Below are positions 1 to 12,500 of a stretch of 64,000 nt of DNA, in pieces. The stretch lies in NCBI GenBank assembly GCA_964234715.1, contig OZ174279.1. One strand, written 5' to 3'. The stretch comes from Podarcis melisellensis. Lineage: Eukaryota. The stretch's first letter is position 1. Each line of letters begins with the position of its first letter. Below the pieces are notes generated by a model. It did not search any database, was not told the DNA's origin, and worked only from the letters and a program-made list of their open reading frames with translations. The translations under genes were made by a program, and so were the position numbers.

Positions 1-760
1 GCTGGCTGGCCTTCTGCTCGCTCTGACCGCAGCAGACTTTGCGCCAAGAACCAGCCGGGGGGGACTTTACGAGCGCAATCCGGAGCTGGGTAGCCAGACT
101 GGGGAGGCGCCTTTGCAAAAAGGAGGGAGGGTCCTCCTCCACTCCGGATTCCCAGCACCGGGCTTTGGCTCTGCTCGACCCCGGGTGGCCGCTCCTTCCC
201 TTAAGACCATTGAGATGCTAATACCCGAAGTGGCGGGTGCCGGGGGCTGGGTTGGCTGGGGTCAGCTTCGTCCGCCTACCCTGCCGGTTGCGTACGTGAT
301 GGGCCCCCATCTGGAGCCGCAGCAGCAGCAGGTGGGGCCGGGGATGACTTCTGAGCTCGGCTTGGTGAGGAATTTGGGGAGGGGCTGGCGGGCAGGGGTC
401 GGAGATGGGTTTACTTTTGGGGGTCCCCCTCTCGATCTCTCCCCAGCTGCTGCTCTTATCCTGCGCGGTGCTGCATCGGAACCGATCCTCTTTCTCCAGC
501 ACCTGCCTGGACGGCTCTTACCCAGAGCCACGCCCCCTCTTCTCCCCTCTCTCCTGCCGCCGCGGGGAGGGAAGTCGCAGCCTTAGCCCCACGGACGCGG
601 CGTGGAATGCTGCCTCTCGAGTTCGCCGCGAGTCCGCAGCCGCCGGCAAGAGCTTGAGCCGCGCATTGCAAGGTTTTCACTCTGCATAACTCCCCGCTGT
701 TGTTTCCTGATCGACGCCTGTCGCCTTCCCGGTCGCTTTGTGTCCCTGCCAAAGTGGGCA
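1..760. promoter_or_regulatory. Intragenic CpG island in a DNMBP intron; candidate alternative promoter
   Basis: High GC with dense CpG compared with the CpG-depleted flanks. Lies ~2.8 kb upstream of the exon carrying in-frame ATG 3529. Candidate donors CAG|GTGGGG (331) and TTG|GTGAGG (364). Confidence 0.6.
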
Positions 761-1405
761 CTAGCTGTCGAAAGTTCATCCGGCAGTGCTTTTGTGTACA
801 GAACTCCCGTTGTTGTTGTTGTTGTTGTTGTTCTACTGCTACTACGGACTTCATTGCTGTTGTGGAATGAAAGGATTTCTCCAACTCCTCCTTAACTTGC
901 GCTTTTCCTAACCCTTCCCCATCGCGTGGTTTTAAGAGGGGCTAGTAGCTCCCCCTCCCCTTCCAGTGGACGTGGGTGCCTTTGTTTAAAAATCAGGCAA
1001 GGCACGCCAAGTGATCTGGGGGCTGGGGATGTCTTCTAGCTTAGCAGATGGTTGCAAAAAAAAAGGATAGTCTCCCTAGACGACAGTGGTGTGTTGAGTC
1101 TTGCAGTAGTAAACACAATTTTAGTTTTACTGGATCAAACTGATGGATGACCTATCCAGCTCCATTTCCTGTCCTCCAGCAGGCACATAATGATCCACTT
1201 GCTTCAAGGAGCCTTGTATGTCTTCCTCTTGTGCTATTACAGTAGGATGCTATGCTTGTCTGTTCAGAAGTAAGCCCCCTGGAGTTCCCTGGGACTTATA
1301 GGTGAGCGTGTATAAAACAGCAGCCTTAAAGTACCTGATTCCGGTCCATAGGCATGTGAAAGAATCAGGAACATTCTTTCCCCTAATAAGTCACGACTCC
1401 TATAG

Positions 1406-1628
1406 CAACCTTTTTCAGGGCCGGTCCACCATCCCTCAGACCTTGTGGGGGGTCGGGCTATATTTGGGGGGGGGTGAATGAATTGCTATGCCCTACAAAT
1501 AACCCAGAGATGCATTTTAAATAAAAGGACACATTCTACTCATGTAAAAACATGCTGATTCCGTCAGGCCAGATTGAGAAGGCAATTGGGCCACATCCAG
1601 CCCCCAGGCCTTAGTTTGCCTACCCCTG
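1406..1628. mobile_element. hAT-type MITE with damaged left end
   Basis: Right end GTTTGCCTACCCCTG. 8-bp flanking repeat (T/C)CCTATAG at 1398-1405 and 1629-1636. Confidence 0.65.
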
Positions 1629-2835
1629 CCCTATAGCTTAAAGTGACAGGTGAACAACTCTGCCTGTGAATATGTGGTGAGCATTTGCTCTAATTATTAT
1701 AGCTCTCAATGTTTTGAAATTTTTGTTAGCTTGCTTGGATCCTTTACAAACTCATTTTTGTCTGTTGCTACTGTTGGTGATTGTGCCTTCTGGTGGCAGA
1801 CAGTTCCATAGGTCAGCTGCATCTGAGAGACACCATGTACTAATTTAATTTATAACTGGTGTATTGTATCATTCTAGAGTGATATAAAGAAATGAATAAG
1901 CTCCTTAGTATATTTTCTTTTTCCAGTCTTCCTATGCCAATGCAGTGTTTAAGTGGAAAGGCTTAAAATGAACTTTGTATTCTTCAGAATGAAACCTTAT
2001 TCTCTTACAGTGCAATCCTATACATGTGTACTCAAAAGTAAGTCCTACTGAGTTCATTGAGGCATATATATTGCAAGCTAAGTGGGTATAAGATTTCAGC
2101 CTTAATCCTCCTTTTTGAGCCTGAGGGTTCAAACCTATATGTTCTTCCTTGAGAGCAGTGCCTGTTGAACTTTGTGTACCTCGCTTTTGAATAAAAGGAT
2201 TGGGTTGTGAGGTGTTCTGATCTTTTTCTCACACCTTTTTTTGTATGACATACATTGCAAACTCCTCCCTATTGCTCTTATACTAGTTTGTTTACAACTG
2301 GTGTAGCATGGGGTGACTGAAATGTTGTATGAGGGTGGGGCACGTATTGTTTTTAAAACCTTTTTCAAATTACCTCAAATGTTGGGAACAAAATAAGCGC
2401 TCTCTCTCACACACACACATATATGTATGTGTGTATATAGGTATACACATATACACACACACACACCATGTCAGTCCATTGGCCCATCAATCTGGCAACA
2501 GCCTTGTAGGTCTTCAGATGGGATCTCTCTCACCCTTCTTGGAAATGCTACAGATTGAACCTGGACCTATTGCATGCAAAGTCTGTGGTCTGCCACTGAA
2601 CCACAAACCCTCCCTCAGATGTTTTACTTGCCTTGTGGTGGCTGCAGTGCATTGGATTGGGGGAAAAAAATCTTAGCTGAGCAGCCCACAATTGTTGCAC
2701 AATCTTCTTAAGTAATACAATTAACCCAGTGAGAAATATGTAGGGCATAAAAGCATGCGTTAAAAATGTGTTGGTTAGGCATCCTCTCTTCTGACTGGCT
2801 CCGTCATGACATGCCTCTATTGGAGGAAATAATAA

Positions 2836-2866
<31 letters not shown>

Positions 2867-2993
2867 ACTTTATTTATACCCCGCCCTCCCCGGCTAGAGC
2901 CTTCCACAGATATTGTGTCCCTGACTTGTGGGATGTGTGGCCATGCGGCTGTGGTCAATCAACTTGATAACCTCTTTGTCTAACCTAGAGTGT

Positions 2994-3175
2994 AGCCAGT
3001 GTGGTATAGTGGTTAGAATATTAGACCAGGACCTTGGGACACTGGGTGACTTTGGGCCAGTAGCTGCCTCTCAGTCTAACCTGACAGGCTTGTTGTGTTA
3101 TTAAATGAGGAGGGAGAAGACCACCTATGCCACCTTGAGCTGCTTGGAGAAAGAGGTGGGATATAATTGCAATAA
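2994..3175 (+). mobile_element. Older Squam3-related SINE
   Basis: GCCAGTGTGGTATAGTGGTTAGA head, then GGGTGACTTTGGGCCAG...CTCTCAGTCTAACC...GTTGTG core; degenerate. Confidence 0.55.
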
Positions 3176-3526
3176 ATCCGTAACTAGCACAAAGGCAAGG
3201 GGGCAAGTTATTTCCCTTTTCCCTCTCAATTACGTGCCACAGCCAGCTAGTCATCACTGACGGGAAACCCTGTCCTCAGAAGGTGGGAGACTTGCCGGAA
3301 ACATGTGGGTTTTATTGCTCGTGTGTTTCTGGCGCTTTCCTCCTACCCTGAAGCCAGCAGTGAGGAGGCTGTCCAGAACTAAAAGCCTCTTTCATCCACT
3401 AGGAAGCCGGCTGATAAGTCATCTGTAGGCTGGATTTGGCCCATGGACTTCCATCTTGCCACTACTGCTTTATAAGGAGCTGTTGGCTCGGATGCTCTGT
3501 CCTGATCCCATTTGCTTCTCTTTCAG

Positions 3527-6500
3527 AAATGACTCTGCTCTCCTCCCAGCCGGCGTCACTAGAGTCTGCGGCCACTGCAGCCACCACTCCTAACCCAGAG
3601 CAAAGGATGTTGGAGAAGAGGGCAAAGGTCATTGAAGAGCTGCTGCAGACAGAGCAGGATTACATCCGGGACCTTGAGATGTCTGTGCAGATGGTCTTGG
3701 TGCCGCTGCAGGAGGCACAGGTGGGAGTGGCCAGTTTGTGGCAGCCAATGGTGGGCTTTCAGTTGGCTTTTTTTTTTTTTGCCAGGGATGGGGTGTGACT
3801 TAGCACTATTTGGAGCCATTGGATATGGAGGGTTGGGCTTAACCAGAGATATCTGCCCTTAATTCTAAGCATACTGTCTCTCAGCCTGACCTACCTCGAA
3901 GGGTTGTTGTGAGGGGGAAAGGGGGTGCTATATGCACCCTCAACTCCTTGGAGGATAAAAATGAGATAACAGAATATTGCGTGAAATGGAGGTTCTGATG
4001 GATGACATTCCCTGGAAGGTGTGGTGGGTGCAGAGAACAACTGTTTAGGTCTGGGATAGAGAATCTATGACCCTATTGAATTGTATTAATCATTTTGATG
4101 AATGGTGTTTTATATTTTCCGATATTTTGAATTACTTTGCTTTATTTTATGTTACTTTGTTTGATAGTACAGTGATTGTAAGGTTTATTGTTTTTAATTT
4201 ATTGCTTTTTATTTTGCTATTGTGATTCTTGTGAGACACTTTGAGCTCAGTGTTTGTTTTTGCAAAAAGCGGAATAGAAATATTAAATCAAAATCAAACC
4301 TGTGGCTCTTCAGATGTTTTCGTCATCCCTGACCATTAGCCCTTCTGGCTGGGACTGATGGGAGTTGGACTCTGGAGAGCTACTGGTTCCCCATTTAGGT
4401 GACGCTTAGGAGCTAGAAGGGCTGCTTTCAAGCCTGCGGGTGCTCATGCTGGCAGTGCTGATGCCAGTTTGTGTATATACTGGGATGTCACTGGGCATCA
4501 AGACCTGGAGAACTCTGGTGTTCTCCCACAATGTTTTGTGTCTTCAGAGAGAAGGAAAGCTGCCAAGGACTAGCTCATTTGTGTGAGCAGGGTGTGTCCT
4601 TGGGAGCAGCCTATCTGTAAATAAGAGTCCTCTGTGAAAACAATTTCCTTTTGCTTCAACACACTCCCTTGCTTCCTAGGTGCCACAGGTAGACTGTGAG
4701 GGGCTGTTTGGAAACATCCACGGTGTCATTGCCTTTTCTAAGCAGTTGCTGAGCACCCTGAAAGCTGCAGATGCTGTTGGTAGGTGCTTTGCCCAAACCT
4801 TTGGGGCATCTCTGACCCTAGGAATAAGAGTGGAGCAAAGGATGCTGGTTAAAGTGGTCATAGGCAAGGCAACAGTTCAAGTGGTCTATTCCAACAAGGC
4901 CAATGCCTGGGCCTGACTTCCCTTTGTTTCCTTAATTTATAACCAGACCCAGTGTGGTGTAGTGGTTAAGAGCGGTAGTCTCGTAATCTGGGGAACCAGG
5001 TTCGCTTCCCCGCTCCTCCACATGCAGCTGCTGGGTGACCTTGGGCTTGTCACACTTCTTTGAAGTCTCTCAGCCCCACTCACCTTACAGAGTGTTTGTT
5101 GTGGGGGAGGAAGGGAAAGGAGAATGTTAGCTGCTTTGAGACTCCTTAAAGGGAGTGAAAGGCGNNNNNNNNNNNNNNNNNNNNNNNNNNNNNNNNNNNN
5201 NNNNNNNNNNNNNNNNNNNNNNNNNNNNNNNNNNNNNNNNNNNNNNNNNNNNNNNNNNNNNNNNNNNNNNNNNNNNNNNNNNNNNNNNNNNNNNNNNNNN
5301 CAGTAGGGCTGGGATAGAGTCACTGTTCCTTTGCTAGCCTACAGCCTGATCTGTATAGAGTCTGGCATATCGAAGTACATTAAAATCAGAGGTTAAGCAA
5401 GTGACTCTGCACAGTACAGCCCAAGGCAGGCATTGCACCTTCTTCTCTGCTTGCAAGCAAAAGTAACTCCAGATGGCTTGAGTAAGTGAATCAAGCTATA
5501 AGGAAAGGTTTTTTAATGGGTCACCAGTCAATAGGACATGAGGGAATCATTCCTTCCTGCTTTGGGGGCTCTAAATATGGCAGTTGCTTAGCCTTCAGCC
5601 TGTTCTTGGTTTCTCGTTTCATGGTGTCTGGGATGGAAGAGGGGAAAGCAATTTGCTGGGGAGTGTAAGCAAAACCCACCCTCATGCTCACAAGCCACTG
5701 CAGTTGCATTTATTTTTATTGATGACCCAATAACACAGTTCTCTGAGCAGCTCGCAAAGATAAAATGATGTAGTACACGGCGCAACTGCAGCATAAAAAA
5801 TTCCAACAGAAAGCGACATAAAACCCAAATATGCAGTAAGTGGGATTAAAATTCCGATTTTAAAATCTCAGTTTTTAAAAATCTGGGAGAATAAGAACTT
5901 CATCTGGTGATGAATAAATTGTAAAGAAGGTGCTACTCACCTCACTTTACCTGCCTGGGCCATGTGAAGGAGGGCCACTAAGGTTTGGGCAGGTAGATAT
6001 CAGAGGAGGCAGATCTTTGGGGTATCCTGATCCCAAGCCCTTGAGGGCCTTATACATAAGAGTATCTCTCAATTTCAGTATAGCCATGGGTATGTAAAAA
6101 GGCAGAGAGATGTGTTGTTGGGCGCCCATGTGTAAGTATTGGGTGACACCCTGTCTGCTCCCCTACCCTTCTGGATTTGCTGCAGTTTGGGAAGGGGAAT
6201 ATTTTTACTGGCTGGCCATTAAGAACCATTTCCATCAGGAAGAGAGCTGCTGAGTGACATGTGCCTTTTCTCCCCTGAAGGGCCAACATTCCTGGCATTT
6301 CGGGCTGAGCTGGAGGATGTGTACAAAGTCTACTGCCAGAACCACGACGAGGCCATTGCCCTTCTGGAGGCCTATGAGAAGGATGAGCGGGTCCAGAAGC
6401 ATCTGCTGGAGTCCCTGGAGAGCCTCAGGTGAGAGGGCAGCTGCCCGGGCTCCTTTCTCACAATCCCACCCAACTGCTGTGCTCTTGACACAGAGGGATA

Positions 6501-9500
6501 ATTTGGCCCTGATCCCCTCTCCTTCCCACTTAGAGCCGAAGAACCTACTTGTTTGTTACTGGACTCCGCTGGTTTGTGCTGGGAACAGAATTTCAGGTGC
6601 TGCCCAACCACTGAACATGTCCTCCAGACTTGACCCTCAACCAAAATAGGGCAGAAGTGTGGCCCTCCAGATGTTGTCAGTCTCCCAATTCCCAGCATGT
6701 TTCATGGTCAGGGATGGTGGGAATTGTAGTCCAGCAACATCCTCAGCTTCCCATTCCCCCCAGGCGAGGAGTTTCCTAGCTTGAGTGCATCTTAGGCTTT
6801 TGCTTAGAAGGTGGAGCGGGCAGCAACCATTCTAATGCTTTTTCTTATTTTATTTTTTTCCTGTCAGGAGTCTGTACACTGAATGGTAAGTGACCTTTTT
6901 ATACCATCAGTCTGTTTCTTGCTGTTCCCCAGTTACATTCTGTGCCTGATTTCTCTTTGTTTCCTTACCTACTCACAAAAAAATGTACAGTACGAGTAAG
7001 GGTTTGGGTCAATCATTCAAATCTTTATTATGGTCATAGACCAGAATACAAGGGTTTGAGTATTTGTGCATCTCTGTCTGAGGCAAGAGCAAGGAGCATG
7101 TCTGGGAATGGGGTTCCTACAGGAGTGGGAAGAGAGGGCTGTAAGAGATTATAAGGAGTTCAGACTGCTGTGACCATCTTGGCCTGCTCAGGATGGGGAA
7201 GGAACTGAGTAAGATGTGGGGCAGGAATGCTACTAGGCTGGCTGGCTTTTAGGAAACAACTAGTCAACCATCCAGGTATTGTGAGTTCAGCTAGAAGAGG
7301 ATGAAGAAGTGACTGAGTTTGGGACGAATGAGATGAGCTGGTTTTATGTTGTCTGATGATATATAGTCTTTTGGGGGAGGAAGACAGGTGCGGAGTGTCC
7401 GTATGTGTCCCAATGTATTTATTTAATAAATGTGTAGGCTACCTTTCAAAAGATGAATATCTTTTCAAGGTGGCATAGGCGATTTAGTAAAAACATTTTT
7501 AAACAAAGCATCTCACATGTGCATGCACATAAGCCAAAGAGCAGTTGGAAGGTGGGGGTTGGTTTTCCTGGGGTGCAGTGTTTGTGGGCTGAGAGTGTGG
7601 GTGACAACATATGGGATCCTCTGTGCTAACTTCCCCCACCCCTTTTCTCAGGGGCTGCACCAACTACATTGACCTGGGCTCCTTCCTGATCAAGCCCGTT
7701 CAGCGTGTGATGCGCTACCCACTGCTGCTGATGGAGCTTCTGGGCGCCACACCTGAGTCTCATCCTGACCGTGCTCCCCTGGCAGCAGCTGTCCTTGCTG
7801 TCAAGGAGATCAACTGCAACATCAATGAGTCCAAAAGGCGAAAGGACCTGGGTGAGCTGTGGGGCAGGGGAGACAATGTGGGGAAAGGGGAGGAGCAGCA
7901 CAAGCACCCGCTTGAGACAAACGAGTAAGCCACATGGGGAAGATGAAAAGCAGCCAAGCATCCCTGTGTGGAAGAGTTGGGTACCGTCTGTGGAGACTGA
8001 GTGTACAGCAGGCTGGCTGTTGGGGGGGGGGAGAGATTGAGAAAGGTGAAGCACCTTCTAGTGGCTGCTGGGTGTAATAGCAAAAGTCCATTTGGTTTAA
8101 CCCAGTCATGCTTAGCTGGCAGGATGCATTATCCAGTTATTGCTCCCTTACAAAGAGACAAATGTCGAAAGGCAAATGAGCCACTTACCTCTGGTGCTTG
8201 GAAGTGGTGGTGTACTGTAGGCTAGAAGTGAACTGAGAGAGGATTGTGTCTGGGCTGAGAGAGAAACTCCCCAGGATGGCACAGTCTTTAATGGATCTTC
8301 TGTACTCTCAGGGGATTAGACCAGGTGACCATTGTTGTCCCTCACCACACCCTGTTATTCCACGACTCTTGGGAGCTGACTCTTGCTTCCACCACTCTCT
8401 TTCAGTGCTGAAGTACCGGAAGACTGATGACGACAGCCTCATTGAGAAGATCTCCAAGCTCAACTTCCATTCCATCATCAAGAAATCCAATCGCGTCAGC
8501 AGCCACCTCAAGCACCTCACAGGTTTTGCACCGCAGGTAAATGCTGACTCTGGCTACATGTCTATGGGAATCCATCACAAGCTCCACGGTACCTATCAAA
8601 TCTCCTCCTCCTCCCTGTTACAGCTCAAAGATGAGGCTTTTGAAGAGACCGAGAAGAACTTCCGAATGCAGGAGCGGCTGATTAAATCTTTCATCCGGGA
8701 CCTTTCTCTCTACCTTCAGCATGTCCGGGTGAATAAACATATTTGTAGGGGATGGGACAGGACCTTGTGAAGAATTGGGGACTGAGGGGACCTTGAGGGT
8801 CCTGCCTTGGCTAGCTTTGGGCAGACGTTTCTGCGTCACAATCTTGGCTCTGGTTGTGGCTGGACTTGCAGGGCTTGCAAACTGCTTTAGCCCTGCTGAG
8901 GTCTGTGTCTCTCTGCCCTCAGGAGTCTGCCTGTGTTAAAGTGACAGCAGCACTGAGTATGTGGGACCTGTGCATGGAGAAAGGCAGTGCTGAGTTGGAA
9001 CAGTTCCAGAAGGTCCACCGTCTCATCAGCGACCAGCTCTTCTCTGATTTCGTGAGTGAGGTCTTTGCTTCCTTCCTGGGTCAGGTGTTTCCTCCTACTT
9101 TCTGGGCACAGAATCAGTTGGCTGCAGAAACAGAAGGAGAAGAACTTTGGAAGAGGCTAGAAAAATATTTCAGTATGAGGGAAAGGCATAGCGGGAGGTG
9201 GGGAGGAGCTTTCAGGGTGATGAAGCCATTGGTTGGTGGAGGAGAGCTTGTGGCAAGGAGCTGGGATAGAAGAGATATTGCAAAATGGGCTTTCTCCTGA
9301 AATACAGATGGAGTGGTACTGGGCAGAGCAGGTGCCCTTCCGCCTTTGTTGACACTACAAACAAATGTGTATTGTCTTCCTCCTCCTCTTCTTACTCCCA
9401 AGGAATTTTCTGCAGCAAGATAGAAACAAAACCCTTCCTTCCTCCAGTACAGCTTGTACTGAAACTATAACAAAATAATGATTTGCTACAGAAACGTGTG

Positions 9501-12500
9501 GGGGAAAGAGCATGCTATTTTGGTGTCCTTGTGCCCCTTGCAGAAGGAGCGCACAGAGCGGCTGGTGTTCTCCCCTCTGAACCAGCTGCTGAACATGTTT
9601 GCCGGGCCTCACAAACTCGTGCAGAAACGTTTCGACAAGCTCCTGGACTTCCACACATGCACAGAGCGAGCGGAAAGGCTGAAGGACAAGCGGACCTTGG
9701 AAGAACTGCAGTCAGCTCGCAACAATTACGAGGCCTTGAACACGCAGCTGCTGGATGAGTTGCCCAAATTCCAGTGCTGCGCCAAGGAGCTCTTCACCAG
9801 CTGCCTGCGCGGCTACGCGGAGGCCCACTGTGACTTTGTGCACCTGGCGTTGCAGGAGCTGCAGCCTCTGCTTTCCGTAAGTGTGCAGGAGAGGCCAGGA
9901 CCGTGCAGGCTGCCCATCCTGATTGGAGACTAGCGAGGGTCAGAAGGAAAGAGCATATAGGGCTGCCTGATTTGCTGCCCCATTGCATTTGCTCTATGTT
10001 TTCAATGAATGCCCTCTCCAGTTGGCGTGGAGGAGGAAAAGGCACACACTAGGTCAGCACAGCGCTCTTTAAAAGTTGCCTTCTGTGCTGGGATTTCATA
10101 TTGGCTGTTGCTTTCTCTCTCTAGTGCCTTTGGACCTTCTATCCTCAAATCCCCTCCGCTAGTCCGATGGTTGTGAGTGACCGTTGTGCCTTAAACAATC
10201 TCTGAATTCTCATGAGTTTATTCTTTGCCCCAGGCTGTAAATGCCACTGGGGGAAATGGCAACAGGAAGGCACTGTTGAGCAAAGGAAGCTGCCTTTTAT
10301 ACTGAGTCAGACCCATTGGTCCATCTAGCTCAGTGTTATCTACGTTGACTGGCAGTGGCCCTCAAGGGTTTTAGGCTGGAGCCCTTCTCAGCGCTACCTG
10401 GAGATGTTACGGATTGAACCTGTGACCCTTTGTATCCGAAGCTTGTACTCTGCCCCTGAGCTATAGCCCTTCCCTTACAGGCCCTCTGAAATGGAAGGCT
10501 CCTTGGGATGAGGATCTTGACACAGGACATAACTCTTGATAATGGGCTCTATTAGTAAGGAAAAGAAGGCACCAGGTCCTGGGTTTCTAGAGCTGTCTCT
10601 GGGTCTTCCCTTCCTGGAGCATGGCTTCATAGTGGCCTGTCTCTTGTGCTTAGCCAGGCTCCCCGTTTCCACTGTTCTGACGGCCCTGCCTCCCTCCTCT
10701 CTCCTAGCTGCTGCAGGTGGTTGGCAAAGAGGGCAATCTGGTTGCCATCTTCCAGGAAGAGCATAGCCGTGTCCTCCAGCAGCTGCAGGTCTTCACTTTC
10801 TTCCCTGAGAGCACCCCCGCTGCCAAAAAGCCCTTTGAGAGGAAAAGCCTGGAGCGCCAGTCAGCACGGAGGCAGCCGCTTCTGGGAATGGTGAGCAACT
10901 GTGGGGGCAACGATGGGCGGGGGACTCCTCATTCAACATGGGCACTGTCCTGTGGTGGGCGGCCTTGGCTTGAGGAACCAGGTCCAGGCATAGAGCACTG
11001 CGTGTCACTGCATCGCCTTCCCCATCACTGTTTGGTGCTGTTGCTTCCCTCACAGCCCAGCTACATGCTGCAGTCAGACGACCTCCGCGCCGCCTTGCTA
11101 TCTCGGTACCCCCCTGACAAGCTCTTCCAGGCTGAGCGCAACGTCAACGCCGCTCAAGAGTTGGACATTTCATTGCTGGAGGGTGACCTGGTGGGGGTCC
11201 TTAAGAAGAAGGACCCCATGGGCAGTCAGAACCGCTGGCTCATTGACAATGGAGGTGAGTGGAGGCCTCTCTTGGACTCCAGGCAAACCGTGGGACACCT
11301 CCTGTCCGGAGGAGCTTGTTCTGTATCTGTTCTTTAATTTGTGCAGGTTCCACACTCCCACCCAATCTGCCGCTAAGTGCATTTATTTTAATTTCTAAAG
11401 GAACCACCTGTTCTTTCCAGATATCAATCAAAGTCACTCTGGTAGAGCTTCAAATTCCTCTTTTAATGACAGCTGCTTATCACTCTCCCTAGTGGCCTCA
11501 GGAGCTATATTTACTGCTAAGCAGGCTGCTGAGTCTCTACAGGCCCCAGTTCTTTTCCTTTCACATGGCTTTAAAAATGCCACAAGTATTTTCCTTTTTA
11601 TGCGTGCACAGCTGCAGTGCACATTCTCCACCTCCCCAGTTCAGTGTTGTTCCAGTGTCCACAATGATACCGAAACCTGGTGCTGGGAGACACCTGATGC
11701 AGCTGTTTCCCAGCGCACTGGCCATGCCCTGTCTGTGCTTCTGATTTCCGACCTTCCCTCTGCAGTGACCAAGGGCTTTGTGTACAGCTCCTTCCTGAAG
11801 CCATACAACCCACGATGCAGCCACTCAAATGTTTCTGTGGGCAGCCATTCCTCAAGTGAATCCGAGCACAGCGGCTCCTCATCTCGTGGCAGCAGCACGC
11901 CAAGCAGTATAGTGAGCAACGCATCTGCAAACAGCCCTCAGAAACCTCCGCAGGACTCGGGCTTCCAAGGGGATTTAATGAGCTCCCTGCAGGCCCTTTC
12001 AGAGGTGGATGCTGCTGAACAACCTAAGACTGGTCCTGTAGACTCTGCTCAGCCACCCCGGGCCATTCCGGCATCCCGCCGATACAGTAACCCCGACCCA
12101 CGCAATGGGCTTCCGGCCCGGCCCAAGGCCAGGGCGACACCTTCGCTGGAGAATGGCAGCTTGAGGCCGAGGACCAGCGAGTCTAAGGGGAACCAGGTGA
12201 GTGGGGAAGAGGCATATTTCTGTCTCTGTTAATGGGCCATTTCTAATTCGACTGGCTAGCTGGCACAACCAAGGCTTCCTCTGAAAATGAGCATACAGTG
12301 GTACCTCAGGTTAAGAACTTAATTCGTTCTGGAGGTCCGTTCTTAACCTGAAACTGTTCTTAACCTGAAGCACCACTTTAGCTAATGGGGCCTTCCGCTG
12401 CCGCTGCGCCGCTGCTGCACAATTTCTGTTCTTATCCTGAAGCAAAGTTCTTAACCCGAGGTACTATTTCTGGATTAGCGGAGTCTGTAACCTGAAGCGT

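Noticed and set aside
113-895. Several 90-157 aa ORFs on both strands in the 5' CpG island
   Set aside because: No recognisable domain; long ORFs are expected in GC-rich DNA, and the poly-Q/poly-V runs come from simple repeats.
4945-5020. tRNA-like A/B boxes here and at ~18100-18190, ~29060-29135 and ~55070-55120
   Set aside because: They are SINE heads continuing into SINE bodies, without complete cloverleafs, so they are not tRNA genes.
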